DNA of 64,000 bases from assembly GCA_050950825.1 (NCBI GenBank), contig JBMNIH010000003.1, positions 128,001-192,000 of the forward strand, read 5' to 3'. The position numbers and the translations under genes were made by a program. Positions 47,759-58,226 of the stretch are shown one piece after another (positions within the stretch are counted from its first letter, which is position 1; every line of letters starts with the position of its first letter). A model generated the notes under the pieces. The model had not been told where the DNA came from. It searched no databases and saw only the letters and a program-made list of their open reading frames with translations. This stretch comes from Clostridia bacterium (GTDB lineage: Bacteria; Bacillota; Clostridia; JAAYHZ01).

Positions 47759-49735
47759 TTAGCCTTTGACGATTTTGTAGTAGGTCTTTGCGGTAAGGGT
47801 GTATACGGCAACGTAGAAGACGGAAAAGATCAGTATGGTGGAAAGAGTACACAGAGCGAATAACGGCACGTTGGTAAGATTGAATATCTCCAAAAGCTTG
47901 GTAATGACCTTAAAAGCAAAGGCGATATGGATAACGGCCGCCAAAAGAGGCAGGAAGAACACCTTGATTACTTGGCTGTTGATGGATTTTCTAACCTCCT
48001 CACGACTCATCCCCACCTTTTGCATGATTTCATACCGTTCTTTGTCATCGTAGCCTTCCGCGATTTGCTTGTAGTAAATGATGAGGACCGTGGCCATGAT
48101 AAACAAAAGCCCTAAAAAGATCCCTAAGTAAAACAAGCCGCCGTAGAGGGTATAGAAGCTTTCGCGGGACAAGTCCGCCCCGTCTGCATAGTAGGATATG
48201 CCTAACTCCTTCAGCCCTTTTCGTATTTCCGTTGCCAATTGGATTTGGGTTTGTTTGTCCGCATTCACGTCAAAGCCGTAAAAGTAGGCTAAATCTTTAC
48301 CCTTGGTATTATCGGGGTCCGACACACGAATAATTTTTTGCAAATCATCCTTCCGTGCCACCAAATAGAAGCTGTTGATCATCATGGCACTCGTGTTTCC
48401 GTCTCCTTCAAAGGCCGGAACCCGTTCTTTAATACGAAGCTGCAAATCTTCTATTGTCATAGAGTCTCCCGGCAAACGGCCTCGGTATTCGTAAAGCAAA
48501 ACCTCGTTTTCTTCCAAGGTCTTGTTCGCATTGTACATTTTATTGTACCCGTCTATGTCCATGAAAAAGAGTGCGGCGCTGTCCTTAAACCTTAAAGAAT
48601 CTCCTTGGAGTTGAAAACGGGAATCCTCTTGGAAGGCGACAACCGTCAAATATCGGTAATTTAAAACGTTTCTTCTTTCGATTCCCAAAGAATCCGTCGT
48701 ATCCTCAATGATTTTGTTCATCTTTTCGACGTTCTCATCGGATATAAAGGAGGAGCCTACGGTAATATCTCTCGGATAGCGTGTCCGCAATACATCTTCC
48801 ACACCGATGTATAGCGAAACGGTGGAGGACAGCATGACGATAACCGCCGTGGACAAAATGCATATGTTGGCAAGGCCTGCGGCATTTCGCTTCATTCGGT
48901 AGATCATGCTTGATACGGAGATGAAGTTTTTCGGCTTGTAGTAATAGTTCTTGTTTTTCCTCAACAATTTAAGAACCGCAATGCTTCCCGACGTAAAAAG
49001 GCAGTAGGTTCCGATCATCACCAAAATAACGGCGATAAAGAAAAGAGTCAATGCCTGCAGGGGCGATTCCGTAAAAAGAGCGATATAGTAGCCGGCGGAA
49101 AGAGAAAGAAGACCGACGATTCCTTGAAAAAGTTTGGTTTTCGGTTCTTTTTCCCCTACGTTCCCGCCCTTTAAAAGCTCCACGGGCTTCGACAGCCGTA
49201 CGGTTAAAGAGTTGTAGATAAAATTGATCGCAAAGATGGCACCGAAAAGAACCGGGGTGATAACGACGGCGAGGGTAGGAACTTCAAAGCCGAAGGTAAC
49301 CCGGATGGCAATGATTTTAAAAAGCAAAAGGATCATGGCCTTGCTCAAAAGAATGCCTCCGGCCAGCCCCGCCGAAAGGCTTATAGCCCCCGTAAGGACC
49401 GTTTCCCAAAACATGATCTTGGCGATATGCTTTTTTTCCATGCCTAAGATATTGAAAAGTCCGAACTCTTTTTTTCGCTTCTTCACCAAAAAACTGTTGG
49501 TGTAGAACAAGAAGATTGCGGAAAAAATGCCAATGACAACCGTTCCGAAAGTGAGAATCATCTTAAGCGAACCGTCATCACTTATCAAGCCCAAGGTTTT
49601 TGCCGATGCCAAAAAGCACATGTTGTAAAACATGATGATGGTGCCGATGCAGGTTATAATATAGGGGACGTAGGCCTTGGAGTTTTTCTTCAAGTTGTTT
49701 ACGGCAAGCTTTAAATAAAAGAACGTTTTACTCAT
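47759..49735 (-). CDS. BceB-type ABC permease (antimicrobial peptide resistance)
   Basis: YTNSFLVKKRKKEFGLFNILGM, large extracellular loop, IIYYKQIAEG; start MSKTFF. Confidence 0.9.
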   Translation of the reverse strand: MSKTFFYLKLAVNNLKKNSKAYVPYIITCIGTIIMFYNMCFLASAKTLGLISDDGSLKMILTFGTVVIGIFSAIFLFYTNSFLVKKRKKEFGLFNILGMEKKHIAKIMFWETVLTGAISLSAGLAGGILLSKAMILLLFKIIAIRVTFGFEVPTLAVVITPVLFGAIFAINFIYNSLTVRLSKPVELLKGGNVGEKEPKTKLFQGIVGLLSLSAGYYIALFTESPLQALTLFFIAVILVMIGTYCLFTSGSIAVLKLLRKNKNYYYKPKNFISVSSMIYRMKRNAAGLANICILSTAVIVMLSSTVSLYIGVEDVLRTRYPRDITVGSSFISDENVEKMNKIIEDTTDSLGIERRNVLNYRYLTVVAFQEDSRFQLQGDSLRFKDSAALFFMDIDGYNKMYNANKTLEENEVLLYEYRGRLPGDSMTIEDLQLRIKERVPAFEGDGNTSAMMINSFYLVARKDDLQKIIRVSDPDNTKGKDLAYFYGFDVNADKQTQIQLATEIRKGLKELGISYYADGADLSRESFYTLYGGLFYLGIFLGLLFIMATVLIIYYKQIAEGYDDKERYEIMQKVGMSREEVRKSINSQVIKVFFLPLLAAVIHIAFAFKVITKLLEIFNLTNVPLFALCTLSTILIFSVFYVAVYTLTAKTYYKIVKG

Positions 49736-50495
49736 TTCGAACACCGCCCGTAGCAATTAAAGTCAACGTATCCGAGATCTTTTGGTACATCTCTTCGTTG
49801 GTACAGTCCCCTTTGTAGATCCGGTGAAACACTTCCCCGTCCTTGATGAATAAAACTTTTTTTGCGTGGCTTGCCGCCTTGACGCTGTGGGTCACCATCA
49901 AAATGGTCTGCCCGTCGTTGTTGATTTCATTAAAAAGCTTTAAAAGCTCGTCGGATGAACGGGAATCCAAAGAACCGGTAGGTTCGTCCGCTAAAATCAG
50001 CTTCGGGTGTGTAATCAAAGCTCGGGCTACGGCGGTCCTTTGCTTTTCCCCGCCCGACACCTCGTAAGGATACTTGGATAAAAGGTCGGTTATCCGGAGC
50101 CGTTTGGCAACGGAGGTAAGCCTTTTGTTCATTTCTTCATAAGGCGTTCCCGCCAAAACCAAAGGCAAGAATATATTGTCTTGTATCGAAAACGTATCCA
50201 ACAGATTAAAGTCTTGAAACACAAAGCCCAGATTCTCTCTTCGGAAAGAGGAGATTTCCTTGTCGCCGATTACGGTGATGTTTTTCCCGTTCAGATAAAC
50301 TTCTCCGCCGGTAGGTTTGTCCAAGGCGGCAATCATATTCAAAAGGGTGGTTTTACCGGAGCCGGATTCCCCCATAATGGCGATCATTTCTCCTTCGTCC
50401 ACGGTAAAAGAAACGTTGTTCAAGGCTTTCACGGCATTTCCGCCGAACCTTGTGGTATACACTTTTTTTAAATTTTTAACTTCTAACAAGTACAT
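49728..50495 (-). CDS. BceA-type ABC ATPase
   Basis: GESGSGKT, VSGGEKQR, LADEPTG, VTH. Confidence 0.94.
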   Translation of the reverse strand: MYLLEVKNLKKVYTTRFGGNAVKALNNVSFTVDEGEMIAIMGESGSGKTTLLNMIAALDKPTGGEVYLNGKNITVIGDKEISSFRRENLGFVFQDFNLLDTFSIQDNIFLPLVLAGTPYEEMNKRLTSVAKRLRITDLLSKYPYEVSGGEKQRTAVARALITHPKLILADEPTGSLDSRSSDELLKLFNEINNDGQTILMVTHSVKAASHAKKVLFIKDGEVFHRIYKGDCTNEEMYQKISDTLTLIATGGVRNE

Positions 50496-50549
50496 TTCAA
50501 TTGATCCCTCCTATCACGGGACCATTATAGCAAAGGAGTTTTTCGGCTG

Positions 50550-50599
50550 CCTTAACTTAACCTTACGGTTTTCTTTTCAACCCTTACATTTTCGTAAGG
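50550..50599 (-). promoter_or_regulatory. BceR-type response regulator site upstream of the ABC operon
   Basis: CCTTAC-attttc-GTAAGG palindrome at 50582-50599 (TNACA-N4-TGTAA-like) plus further CCTTA half-sites; TATAAT near 50524-50529. Confidence 0.65.
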
Positions 50600-51640
50600 T
50601 TATTCGACCTTTAAATCATAGGAGCCCAAGCCGATTTTCACTTTCGTACCCTTTCCCGGAACCGACTCGATATGAAAGGTATGAGACATTTTTTTGAGTA
50701 TGGTATTGCATAAATACAGACCGATGCCGGTGGCTCTTTTGTCCGCTCTTCCGGTATAGCCGGTGTAGCCTTTTTCCAATATGCGGGGCAGGTCCTCCGG
50801 AGCAATGCCGATACCGGTATCCTCGATCACCAGTGTATCGGGCAATTTTTCGTCCATGTAAATGGAGATTTCTCCTTTTTCGGTGTACTTCAAGGCGTTG
50901 GACAACAGCTGCTCGATCACGAATACCAGCCACTTTTCATCCGTCAGCACATCTTTTTTCAGTTCGCTATAGGAAAGCTTAATTTTCTTACGAATAAAAG
51001 ACTTGGAATATTTTCGCACCGCTTGCTTGATGCAGTCGTCCAAGGAACAACGCCGAATCAACAGGTCGGAGCTCATATCCTCCATCCGAATGTACTGCAA
51101 AACCGGCTCCACGTACTGCTCGATGCGAAACAACTGCTCCGACAACTCGTCGTTTTTTTCCGAGGGTCCCGATTGCAGAATCAACCGCATGGCCGCAATG
51201 GGAGTTTTGATTTGATGAGCCCACACGGTATAGTATTCCTTCATGTCGGAAAGCTTCCGATCTTGTTCTTCAATCATTCGGATTCTCTCTCGGTTTACGG
51301 CTTTGACAAGCTCGATAAAGTCTTCCTCGATAACGTTTTTGGCGGTAGGAAAATCGAGATCCGCATAAGCGAAGCTCTTTTTCAGCCTCAAAAGAAAGTC
51401 GTGTTTTTGATAAACCTTTATAAAATCCGGAACGCTTAAAACAATCAAAATCGTTCCGATTAGCAAAAGGCCGTAGTAAAAGGGCTCCTTCGGCAGATCG
51501 TAGAGATAGAAAATGAAAAAAAGAACAGAGAAGCATAAAAAAGCGATACCGTAGGCTCGTTTGTAATACGAAAAATACATAAGAAGGATGCGAAAAAGGC
51601 TTTTGATACTTTTTTTATCCTTTCCTTTTGTCCTCGTCAT
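50600..51640 (-). CDS. BceS-type intramembrane-sensing histidine kinase
   Basis: Two closely spaced TM helices; WAHQIKTP, NALKY, DTGIGI, GIGL. Confidence 0.92.
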   Translation of the reverse strand: MTRTKGKDKKSIKSLFRILLMYFSYYKRAYGIAFLCFSVLFFIFYLYDLPKEPFYYGLLLIGTILIVLSVPDFIKVYQKHDFLLRLKKSFAYADLDFPTAKNVIEEDFIELVKAVNRERIRMIEEQDRKLSDMKEYYTVWAHQIKTPIAAMRLILQSGPSEKNDELSEQLFRIEQYVEPVLQYIRMEDMSSDLLIRRCSLDDCIKQAVRKYSKSFIRKKIKLSYSELKKDVLTDEKWLVFVIEQLLSNALKYTEKGEISIYMDEKLPDTLVIEDTGIGIAPEDLPRILEKGYTGYTGRADKRATGIGLYLCNTILKKMSHTFHIESVPGKGTKVKIGLGSYDLKVE

Positions 51641-52308
51641 TTGACCATGTACCCCATTCCCTTTTTTGTGACGATAAAATCCTCCAGGCCCGCTTCGGCA
51701 AGCTTTTTTCGAAGTCGAGTCACGTTCACCGTCAAGGTGTTGTCGTCGATAAATTCATCGCTTTCCCAAAGCGTCAGCATAATTTCATCCCTCGGGACGA
51801 CTTCTCCTATGTTTTCCATCAACAAGCGAAGGATTTTAAATTCGTTCTTGGTAAGCTCAATCCTGTTGTTATCAAAAGCCAGGGTGGCATCATTCAAATT
51901 CAAAACCGCCCCCCTATACTCCAAAACGTTTTGTTTTTCATGGAAGGCATAGGTTCTACGTATTAAAGCTCGGACTTTTGCAATAAGGACGTTCAAGTCG
52001 AAGGGCTTGACAATAAAATCGTCACCGCCCATGTTGACGGCCATCACAATATTCATGCCGTCTCCCGCGGAAGAAATAAAGATAACGGGAACCTTGGAAA
52101 ACTTACGAATTTCGCCGCACCAGTGATAGCCGTTAAAAAAGGGAAGAAAAACGTCCAAAAGCACCAAGTGAGGGTCGAATTTTATCACCTCTTCGACGAC
52201 GTTTCGAAAATCACTTACAATCTCCGCTTCAAAGTCCCATTTGCATAAGGTATCCTTGATGATTTTTGCGATGGTTAAATCGTCTTCCACAATCAAGATC
52301 CTGTACAT
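51637..52308 (-). CDS. OmpR/BceR-family response regulator
   Basis: VEDD, LDVFLPFFNGYHWC, KPF, DNTLTVNVTRLRKKL. Confidence 0.94.
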   Translation of the reverse strand: MYRILIVEDDLTIAKIIKDTLCKWDFEAEIVSDFRNVVEEVIKFDPHLVLLDVFLPFFNGYHWCGEIRKFSKVPVIFISSAGDGMNIVMAVNMGGDDFIVKPFDLNVLIAKVRALIRRTYAFHEKQNVLEYRGAVLNLNDATLAFDNNRIELTKNEFKILRLLMENIGEVVPRDEIMLTLWESDEFIDDNTLTVNVTRLRKKLAEAGLEDFIVTKKGMGYMVK

Positions 52309-52386
52309 GAAAAGCCCCTTTCGCCTTCTTTTATCCGTTTCTTTACTTATCCATTATATCACAGAAAGAAAAAAGTACGCTCCGAC

Positions 52387-52430
52387 GAAAAACGCACCGA
52401 CGATATCATCCTATCGTCGGTGCGTTTTTC
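52387..52430 (-). terminator. Terminator of the PTS IIC-like gene
   Basis: Perfect 19-bp inverted repeat GAAAAACGCACCGACGATA-tcatcc-TATCGTCGGTGCGTTTTTC. Confidence 0.8.
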
Positions 52431-52440
52431 CCTTTATCCG

Positions 52441-53472
52441 TTAAATGTTCAATTTCATATCTCCGTCTTTAATCCAACCCCATTTTCGCATGGGCAGGGC
52501 GATGAGCAAGCTCAAGACCGCCGGCAGAATAAAGTGGAGAAGCAGAATCGAAAGATAAAGCTTCAAGCTCGGCACTTTCCCCGCCATGGCCGTGATGGTA
52601 CCGAATTGCCCTACCAGCCCGGAGGTTCCCATTCCGGCACCCATAGGGATGTTTTCCATTTTAAACACCATGGTTGCAAGGGGTCCCGTTATGGCGGAAG
52701 CCAAGGTAGGAGGTATCAATATCCGATAGTTTTTCACGATGTTGGGAATCTGCAGCATGGAGGTTCCGATTCCTTGGGCGATGGCACCGCCCCAACCGTT
52801 GTCCTTGAAGCTGATAACGGCAAATCCCACCATCTGGGCGCAGCATCCTGCCGTTGCCGCCCCCGCCGCAAGGCCTTCAAGACCTAACATGATGCAAAGT
52901 GCCGCGCTGCTGATGGGTGCCGTAAGGGCAAGTCCCACCAAGACGGAAACCAAAATACCCATCCAGAAGGGCTGCAGCGTGGTGGCATAGATGATCATCT
53001 GTCCCAAACCGGTCATAAACTTGGCGATTCCGGGGCCCACAAATTTTCCGATAAGTACCCCGGTTAGGATGGTTACGGCGGGAGTCACGATAAGGTCCAC
53101 TTTTGTTTCTTTGGATACCGCTTTCCCGAATTCCGCCCCGATCACCGCCGCCACAAAGGCTCCTACGGGACCGCCTCCCAAACTATCTCCCGCCGCACCG
53201 GTAATGGCCGATGCGAACAGCACGAAGGGAGGAGCTTTAAGACCGTACGCCACCGCTACGCCGATAGCGGGGCCCATCATACTCTTTGCGATAGGCCAAA
53301 CGGTCTCCGACAAAAAGGGAATATTTAGCCAAGTGCCCAAAGAGTTCAAAATGGTTCCCACCAAAAGAGAAGCAAACAAACCTAATGCCATGTGACTCAT
53401 GGCATCGATTAAATACCGTTGAACCGAAAACTCAATATTTTTTCGTTTCAAAAACGCTTTGAATTTCCCCAT
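52441..53472 (-). CDS. Stand-alone PTS EIIC-like membrane protein
   Basis: MALGLFASLLVG, PISSAAL, GIGTSMLQIPNI, GMGTSGLVG. Confidence 0.85.
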   Translation of the reverse strand: MGKFKAFLKRKNIEFSVQRYLIDAMSHMALGLFASLLVGTILNSLGTWLNIPFLSETVWPIAKSMMGPAIGVAVAYGLKAPPFVLFASAITGAAGDSLGGGPVGAFVAAVIGAEFGKAVSKETKVDLIVTPAVTILTGVLIGKFVGPGIAKFMTGLGQMIIYATTLQPFWMGILVSVLVGLALTAPISSAALCIMLGLEGLAAGAATAGCCAQMVGFAVISFKDNGWGGAIAQGIGTSMLQIPNIVKNYRILIPPTLASAITGPLATMVFKMENIPMGAGMGTSGLVGQFGTITAMAGKVPSLKLYLSILLLHFILPAVLSLLIALPMRKWGWIKDGDMKLNI

Positions 53473-53604
53473 CTTCCATCTTCCTCACAAAATGAATTAC
53501 GACCTCCGGATGATGAAACACAACCGGAGGTCCTCAACAGGTTTAAATTGCTATAGAGTATACCACAGAATTCCTTTTGTAAACCGGATTTTAATAATTT
53601 TTTT

Positions 53605-54555
53605 CTATACCGTATTCACCGGTTTTCCTTCCAAAAAAGCGATCAGGTTGTTCACGGCAATATCCATTAGCCGCGTTCTCGCTTCGATCGTAGCCCAAGC
53701 AATGTGAGGAGTGATGATACAGTTTTTAGCCGTCAAAAGGGGATTGTCCTTTTCGGGAGGCTCAACAGACAAAACATCCAAGCCCGCCCCTGCAATGATC
53801 CCGCCGTTTAAAGCGTCCGCCAAGTCTCGGTCGATTACCAGCCCTCCTCTTGACGTATTGATTAAAATAGCCGTTTTCTTCATTTTCCCAAGGCTTTCTT
53901 TATTGATCATTCCCTTTGTCTCTTCGGTTAAAGGGCAGTGGAGGCTGATAAAATCGGATATTCTCAAAAGCTCGTCCAAATCCGTCCATATCACATTTCC
54001 CTCACCCGTAAGCTTTTTGCTCCTGCTGTATACCGCCACCTTCATATCGAAAGTCTTTGCTACCTCGGCAACCTTTTGTCCAATTCTCCCGAACCCGATA
54101 ATGCCTAACGTCTTTCCTGAAAGCTCCGTCAAAGGCCGGTTCCAAAAACAAAAATCCTTGCTCTTTGACCACGCTCCCGAACGAACGGCGGTGCTGTGGT
54201 CTTGAACATGATGGCAAAACTCCAAGATGTGGGCAAATACCATTTGGGCGACGGATAGAGTGGAGTATGCGGGAACGTTGGTTACCGTTATGTTTCTTTT
54301 TTTTGCTTCCTCCACATCCACAACGTTGTATCCCGTCGCAAGGACACCGATGTATCGAAGCCGGGAAAGAGAAGACAAGGTTGTCTTGTCCAAAGGCGTT
54401 TTGTTGGTCAAAAGGACTTCGGCTCCGGATGCTCGTTCCAAAATGAGAGGCTCCGGCGTTCGGTCGTAAATTTCGACTTCACCTAAGCTTTTCAGCCGAT
54501 CCCAACTCAAATCTCCGGGGTTTAAGGCATACCCGTCCAAAACAACGATCTTCAC
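53605..54555 (-). CDS. D-2-hydroxyacid (glycerate) dehydrogenase
   Basis: LDGYALNPGDL, GIIGFGRIG, SLHCPL, INTSRG, TPHIAW. Confidence 0.93.
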   Translation of the reverse strand: MKIVVLDGYALNPGDLSWDRLKSLGEVEIYDRTPEPLILERASGAEVLLTNKTPLDKTTLSSLSRLRYIGVLATGYNVVDVEEAKKRNITVTNVPAYSTLSVAQMVFAHILEFCHHVQDHSTAVRSGAWSKSKDFCFWNRPLTELSGKTLGIIGFGRIGQKVAEVAKTFDMKVAVYSRSKKLTGEGNVIWTDLDELLRISDFISLHCPLTEETKGMINKESLGKMKKTAILINTSRGGLVIDRDLADALNGGIIAGAGLDVLSVEPPEKDNPLLTAKNCIITPHIAWATIEARTRLMDIAVNNLIAFLEGKPVNTV

Positions 54556-54600
54556 GATGCAAGGCCCTCCTTCCTGATTGATTTCTCCTCTTTTCTCGTA

Positions 54601-57600
54601 TTATATCCTATATACGGCATTCTCGCATACGACAAAAATGTTTTCCTTTTCTTTGATGACGTAACCCGCTTTGCCGGGTAAGCTGCCTTGGGCAAGGATC
54701 CTTCCTTCATCGGAAAGAACAAGGATTTTACCGCTTTCACAAAGCACCGTCAATCCGTCCTTTCTTTTGTAAAGGGCCTTCACCCCGTCACGGACATTCG
54801 CATTCCATTGCGATTTTCCGGCCCTGTCGAAAGCCATGACAAAGCCTTTCGAGGTGCCGGCGTAAACGGTGTTCAAATCCTCGTGCATCTCCACGGCTTG
54901 TACCTTTCCTCCTAAGCACTTTTCCAATTCAATCTTGATGCCTTTTTTTCCCGTGGACAGGACCATAAAGTTCTTCGAATACTTCATACCGCAAACCAAT
55001 ATATATTTATTGTCTTCCTTTACAAAGCGATAGGATTGGATGGTATTGAGCCAAAATCCCGGGCGTACGGCGTTTTTCTGAACACCGTCCATGGTATGGG
55101 TATAGAAAATGCCGTATGCGGAATCAATTTTTCCTGCAGCCAGTACTTCCGGTTCTCCGTCGAAGTCAAAATCCAAAAATTCCAAGAAGTCCGGTACCGT
55201 AGCGTAAATGTAGAAGGCGCGTAAAACTTCCCCGTTAAGATCGTGTACCCGCACTTGGTTATCGCCTGCCCCGGTGAGAATATAGGGACCGTCCTTTGTT
55301 TCCACGTAGCGAATGCTTACAATCTGAGGATAAGCCAGCTCCCAGCTGTAATACAACGTCGGAATTCTTACGATGGTTTTGTCCCAAAGAAGCTCCCCTT
55401 TGTCGTTGAATGCGGCAAGCTTGTCGTTGCCGTATCCTACGACCAGCATCCTGTGAGGCTTGATGTATTCCAACGCTCGGATTTTCCCGTCGAAGGTCCT
55501 TTCCCGGAGAATTTGTCCTTTATCCGCCCAAGCAAGAGTATCCTTTTCCAAAACGAAAATTCTCTCGTTTTCCTTCGAGATGGCAAAAAACTCGATTTTT
55601 CGATCCAAAACGCATTCCTTTTGAATCGACGGCATTTCATAATCTTTTGCTTGGTCCGATGCCGTATAAGCCGTTTCGGTATCCGTATAGAGGAAGGAAA
55701 GCCTTTCTTCTTTTCCTTTAAAGGATAAAACAAGATCACTTTCTTCCGGCCTCGGAACAATCGCTTCCTCATCCTTTTTTGCAGGCTGCACAATGTGGGT
55801 AAAGGACAGCCGGTCTCCTTTTTTCATGCAGGCGGAGGACACGGATGTGACGGAAGATACGATCGCCTCTTTTTCGCCGTACCGAGACTCCCACATGGTA
55901 AGGGCTTTGGTATAGGCGTTATGCAAAGGATCGTCCTCGTGCATGCCGCCGTACTCAAAGAGCCTTTTTCCGTAAGGGATCTCTTCAACGTTGACGGTAA
56001 CATCGCGGCTTCCGTAAGCCGAAAGCCTCATTTCGTATTCTTCTCCATTAAAATTCCTTCTTGCGGATTTGACCGTATTGCCTTCCAAGGATACCTTTGA
56101 GGGGGTACGGAAGTGAGCGTTTATGACATACTCGCCTTCCTCGTTGCAGATAACGGTGTCACGGAATACGGCACAAACGCCCTTGATTAAATGGACTTCC
56201 CTCACCCAATCGGTACCGTTGTAGTCTTTAAGCCGCATTCTTAAATAATAGCGATTCTCGTCCAAGGCCTTTTGCTCTTCCATCAAGGCGTAACCCGGAA
56301 CCTCGGAAGCAAAACCGTCCCTTGCTACGGTTACAATGGAGCAATTTTCCGGCTCCGGCCAGCGGTAGTCGTTTTCTTCCACCAGCCAAACGACACCTTT
56401 CGAGGTATAGTCCAATATACCCATGGTATCGCCGTAGGCATGAATGCCGCTGCTTCCCAAGCCGTCGATGAGCAAAAAGTCGTCCTTTACAGGATCTCGG
56501 CCGGTTCTTACGGAAACCTTGTCAAAGCAGTCCTCGTAAGGGCCGGCGGGCGGCGTTGTGGAAAGACGCTTGGCTTGCTCGGGTTCCTTTTCCCATACAT
56601 CATAGGTGTATTTGTCCAATAAAATGCAAGTAATACCGGGGCTTTCTTCCGGGGCACAGGGTACAATACCGGAATCGAATTTTCTTGACAGACTTGCATT
56701 CATTTCGGGGTTGAAAGCTTTAAACCGTTCATACAGCCACTTCATTTCCCCGTCCTTCATAAAGTGGGCGAATACGCAGGACAAAAAGGTCGGGAACGGA
56801 CTTTTTACGGAACCGTCTCCGTAGGAAGGAACCATGCCGTTTTGCCCGATGATGGCTTTGATCCATTTTGCCGCCTCTTTTGCGGAGGTTTTTAAGAAAC
56901 GGTGCTCATCCTCAAATATGGAATAGCATACGACCAAGCGCAAGGTGACTTGGTTGGAATAGGAGGAATCGTCGCATAAGGGCTTCCAGCCGTTGTGATT
57001 GAAGGTATAAAAGACTTGATCGGCAGCCTCCTTCCATTCCTTTGTGAATAAAATCTCCGGATACCGTTTGGAGAAATAATCGTGGGCGTAGGTTAAAGAT
57101 AAAGCGCAGAACATGGTGTGGTTGTGGGAAGGAAGCGCCTTGCTCTTGCCGCCGCTTACGGCATATTCCACCCCTTCGGCGCTTTTTGCCCAGTCGAAGA
57201 TGCATTTTTCAATGGGAAGCCTTTTATCGTCCGGAATCATACCGGAAAACTCCAAAAGACGCCATATTTCTACGTGAGCTGTCATGTACAAGTGGGTGGC
57301 TTTGATCAGGATCGGGTCCTTTTGGGACAGCATAATCATTTTTTCCCAACCTTCGAAATAAACGTCCAAAGGCGAAGGATCCCCGGTAAGATAAGCCAGC
57401 AAGCCTCTGTAATGCCATAAGGAGGTATGTACGGAGGGCACAAGATCAATCTTTTCCGGAACCCTCGACTGCCTTATCTCCTCCATATACGAAGGATCGT
57501 AGGGAAGCTTCTTGTACCGGACCAGGTTCATGTACGGCATGGGGTTTTGAACCTTTTCAAAAAAAGCTTCCAGTCCTAGGCTTAATCCCTTCTCGTCGGA

Positions 57601-57996
57601 ATATCCGATGTGAAAAACATTGCAGCCTTTGCCGAACGGGTCGATGAGGGTTCGAATGTTATAGCCTTCTTCTCCGGGATAGCTTAAATCGGTAAAAACC
57701 AAATGCTTGTAATACAGATATTCCGTGCACCTGCTGTTGGCCAAATTCCCTAAAACAATAGAAGGCAAGGCGTTATTTGTCAAAACATCCGAAGAAGGGT
57801 CGTTTAGAATTTTTGCCTTCACGCCGATTTTTTCAAACCGTTCTCGGATCCTGATTGCGGCGGAAAGCCCGGCTTCATCGCCCGGAGCGATAACAAGGAT
57901 ACCTTCATCCGGGGAAATAGTCGTTTCCCTCGCGGGCCTTTTCCCAAAAACCTTTACCGAGCCGTCTTTGGACTCGAAAAGAATAAAGTCTTTCAT
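54601..57996 (-). CDS. Large hypothetical protein, probable lyase-like helical toroid plus heparinase-like beta domain and C-terminal beta-propeller
   Basis: SHNH, DDSSY, PSYGDG, HAYGD motifs reminiscent of heparinase II/III lyases; PQQ/WD-like repeats at the C-terminus. Confidence 0.55.
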   Translation of the reverse strand: MKDFILFESKDGSVKVFGKRPARETTISPDEGILVIAPGDEAGLSAAIRIRERFEKIGVKAKILNDPSSDVLTNNALPSIVLGNLANSRCTEYLYYKHLVFTDLSYPGEEGYNIRTLIDPFGKGCNVFHIGYSDEKGLSLGLEAFFEKVQNPMPYMNLVRYKKLPYDPSYMEEIRQSRVPEKIDLVPSVHTSLWHYRGLLAYLTGDPSPLDVYFEGWEKMIMLSQKDPILIKATHLYMTAHVEIWRLLEFSGMIPDDKRLPIEKCIFDWAKSAEGVEYAVSGGKSKALPSHNHTMFCALSLTYAHDYFSKRYPEILFTKEWKEAADQVFYTFNHNGWKPLCDDSSYSNQVTLRLVVCYSIFEDEHRFLKTSAKEAAKWIKAIIGQNGMVPSYGDGSVKSPFPTFLSCVFAHFMKDGEMKWLYERFKAFNPEMNASLSRKFDSGIVPCAPEESPGITCILLDKYTYDVWEKEPEQAKRLSTTPPAGPYEDCFDKVSVRTGRDPVKDDFLLIDGLGSSGIHAYGDTMGILDYTSKGVVWLVEENDYRWPEPENCSIVTVARDGFASEVPGYALMEEQKALDENRYYLRMRLKDYNGTDWVREVHLIKGVCAVFRDTVICNEEGEYVINAHFRTPSKVSLEGNTVKSARRNFNGEEYEMRLSAYGSRDVTVNVEEIPYGKRLFEYGGMHEDDPLHNAYTKALTMWESRYGEKEAIVSSVTSVSSACMKKGDRLSFTHIVQPAKKDEEAIVPRPEESDLVLSFKGKEERLSFLYTDTETAYTASDQAKDYEMPSIQKECVLDRKIEFFAISKENERIFVLEKDTLAWADKGQILRERTFDGKIRALEYIKPHRMLVVGYGNDKLAAFNDKGELLWDKTIVRIPTLYYSWELAYPQIVSIRYVETKDGPYILTGAGDNQVRVHDLNGEVLRAFYIYATVPDFLEFLDFDFDGEPEVLAAGKIDSAYGIFYTHTMDGVQKNAVRPGFWLNTIQSYRFVKEDNKYILVCGMKYSKNFMVLSTGKKGIKIELEKCLGGKVQAVEMHEDLNTVYAGTSKGFVMAFDRAGKSQWNANVRDGVKALYKRKDGLTVLCESGKILVLSDEGRILAQGSLPGKAGYVIKEKENIFVVCENAVYRI

Positions 57997-58226
57997 AGGG
58001 TCACCTCCAAATTTGCAGCTTCGTTTTCTCTTCTATCAATCCGATCCCTCTAAAGCTTCAACAGGTAAAAGGCGGCCAAATCCGCCTTTTCGTAATCGCC
58101 GGATTTCTCATTTCCACTCTATCATAGGAAGAGGGGAAATAACAAACAAAAACGAAGATTTTCAAGAACCGTCCCCTGTACATACCTAGGCATATGGCAT
58201 AGAATAATATATAGAGGTGATGTCTT

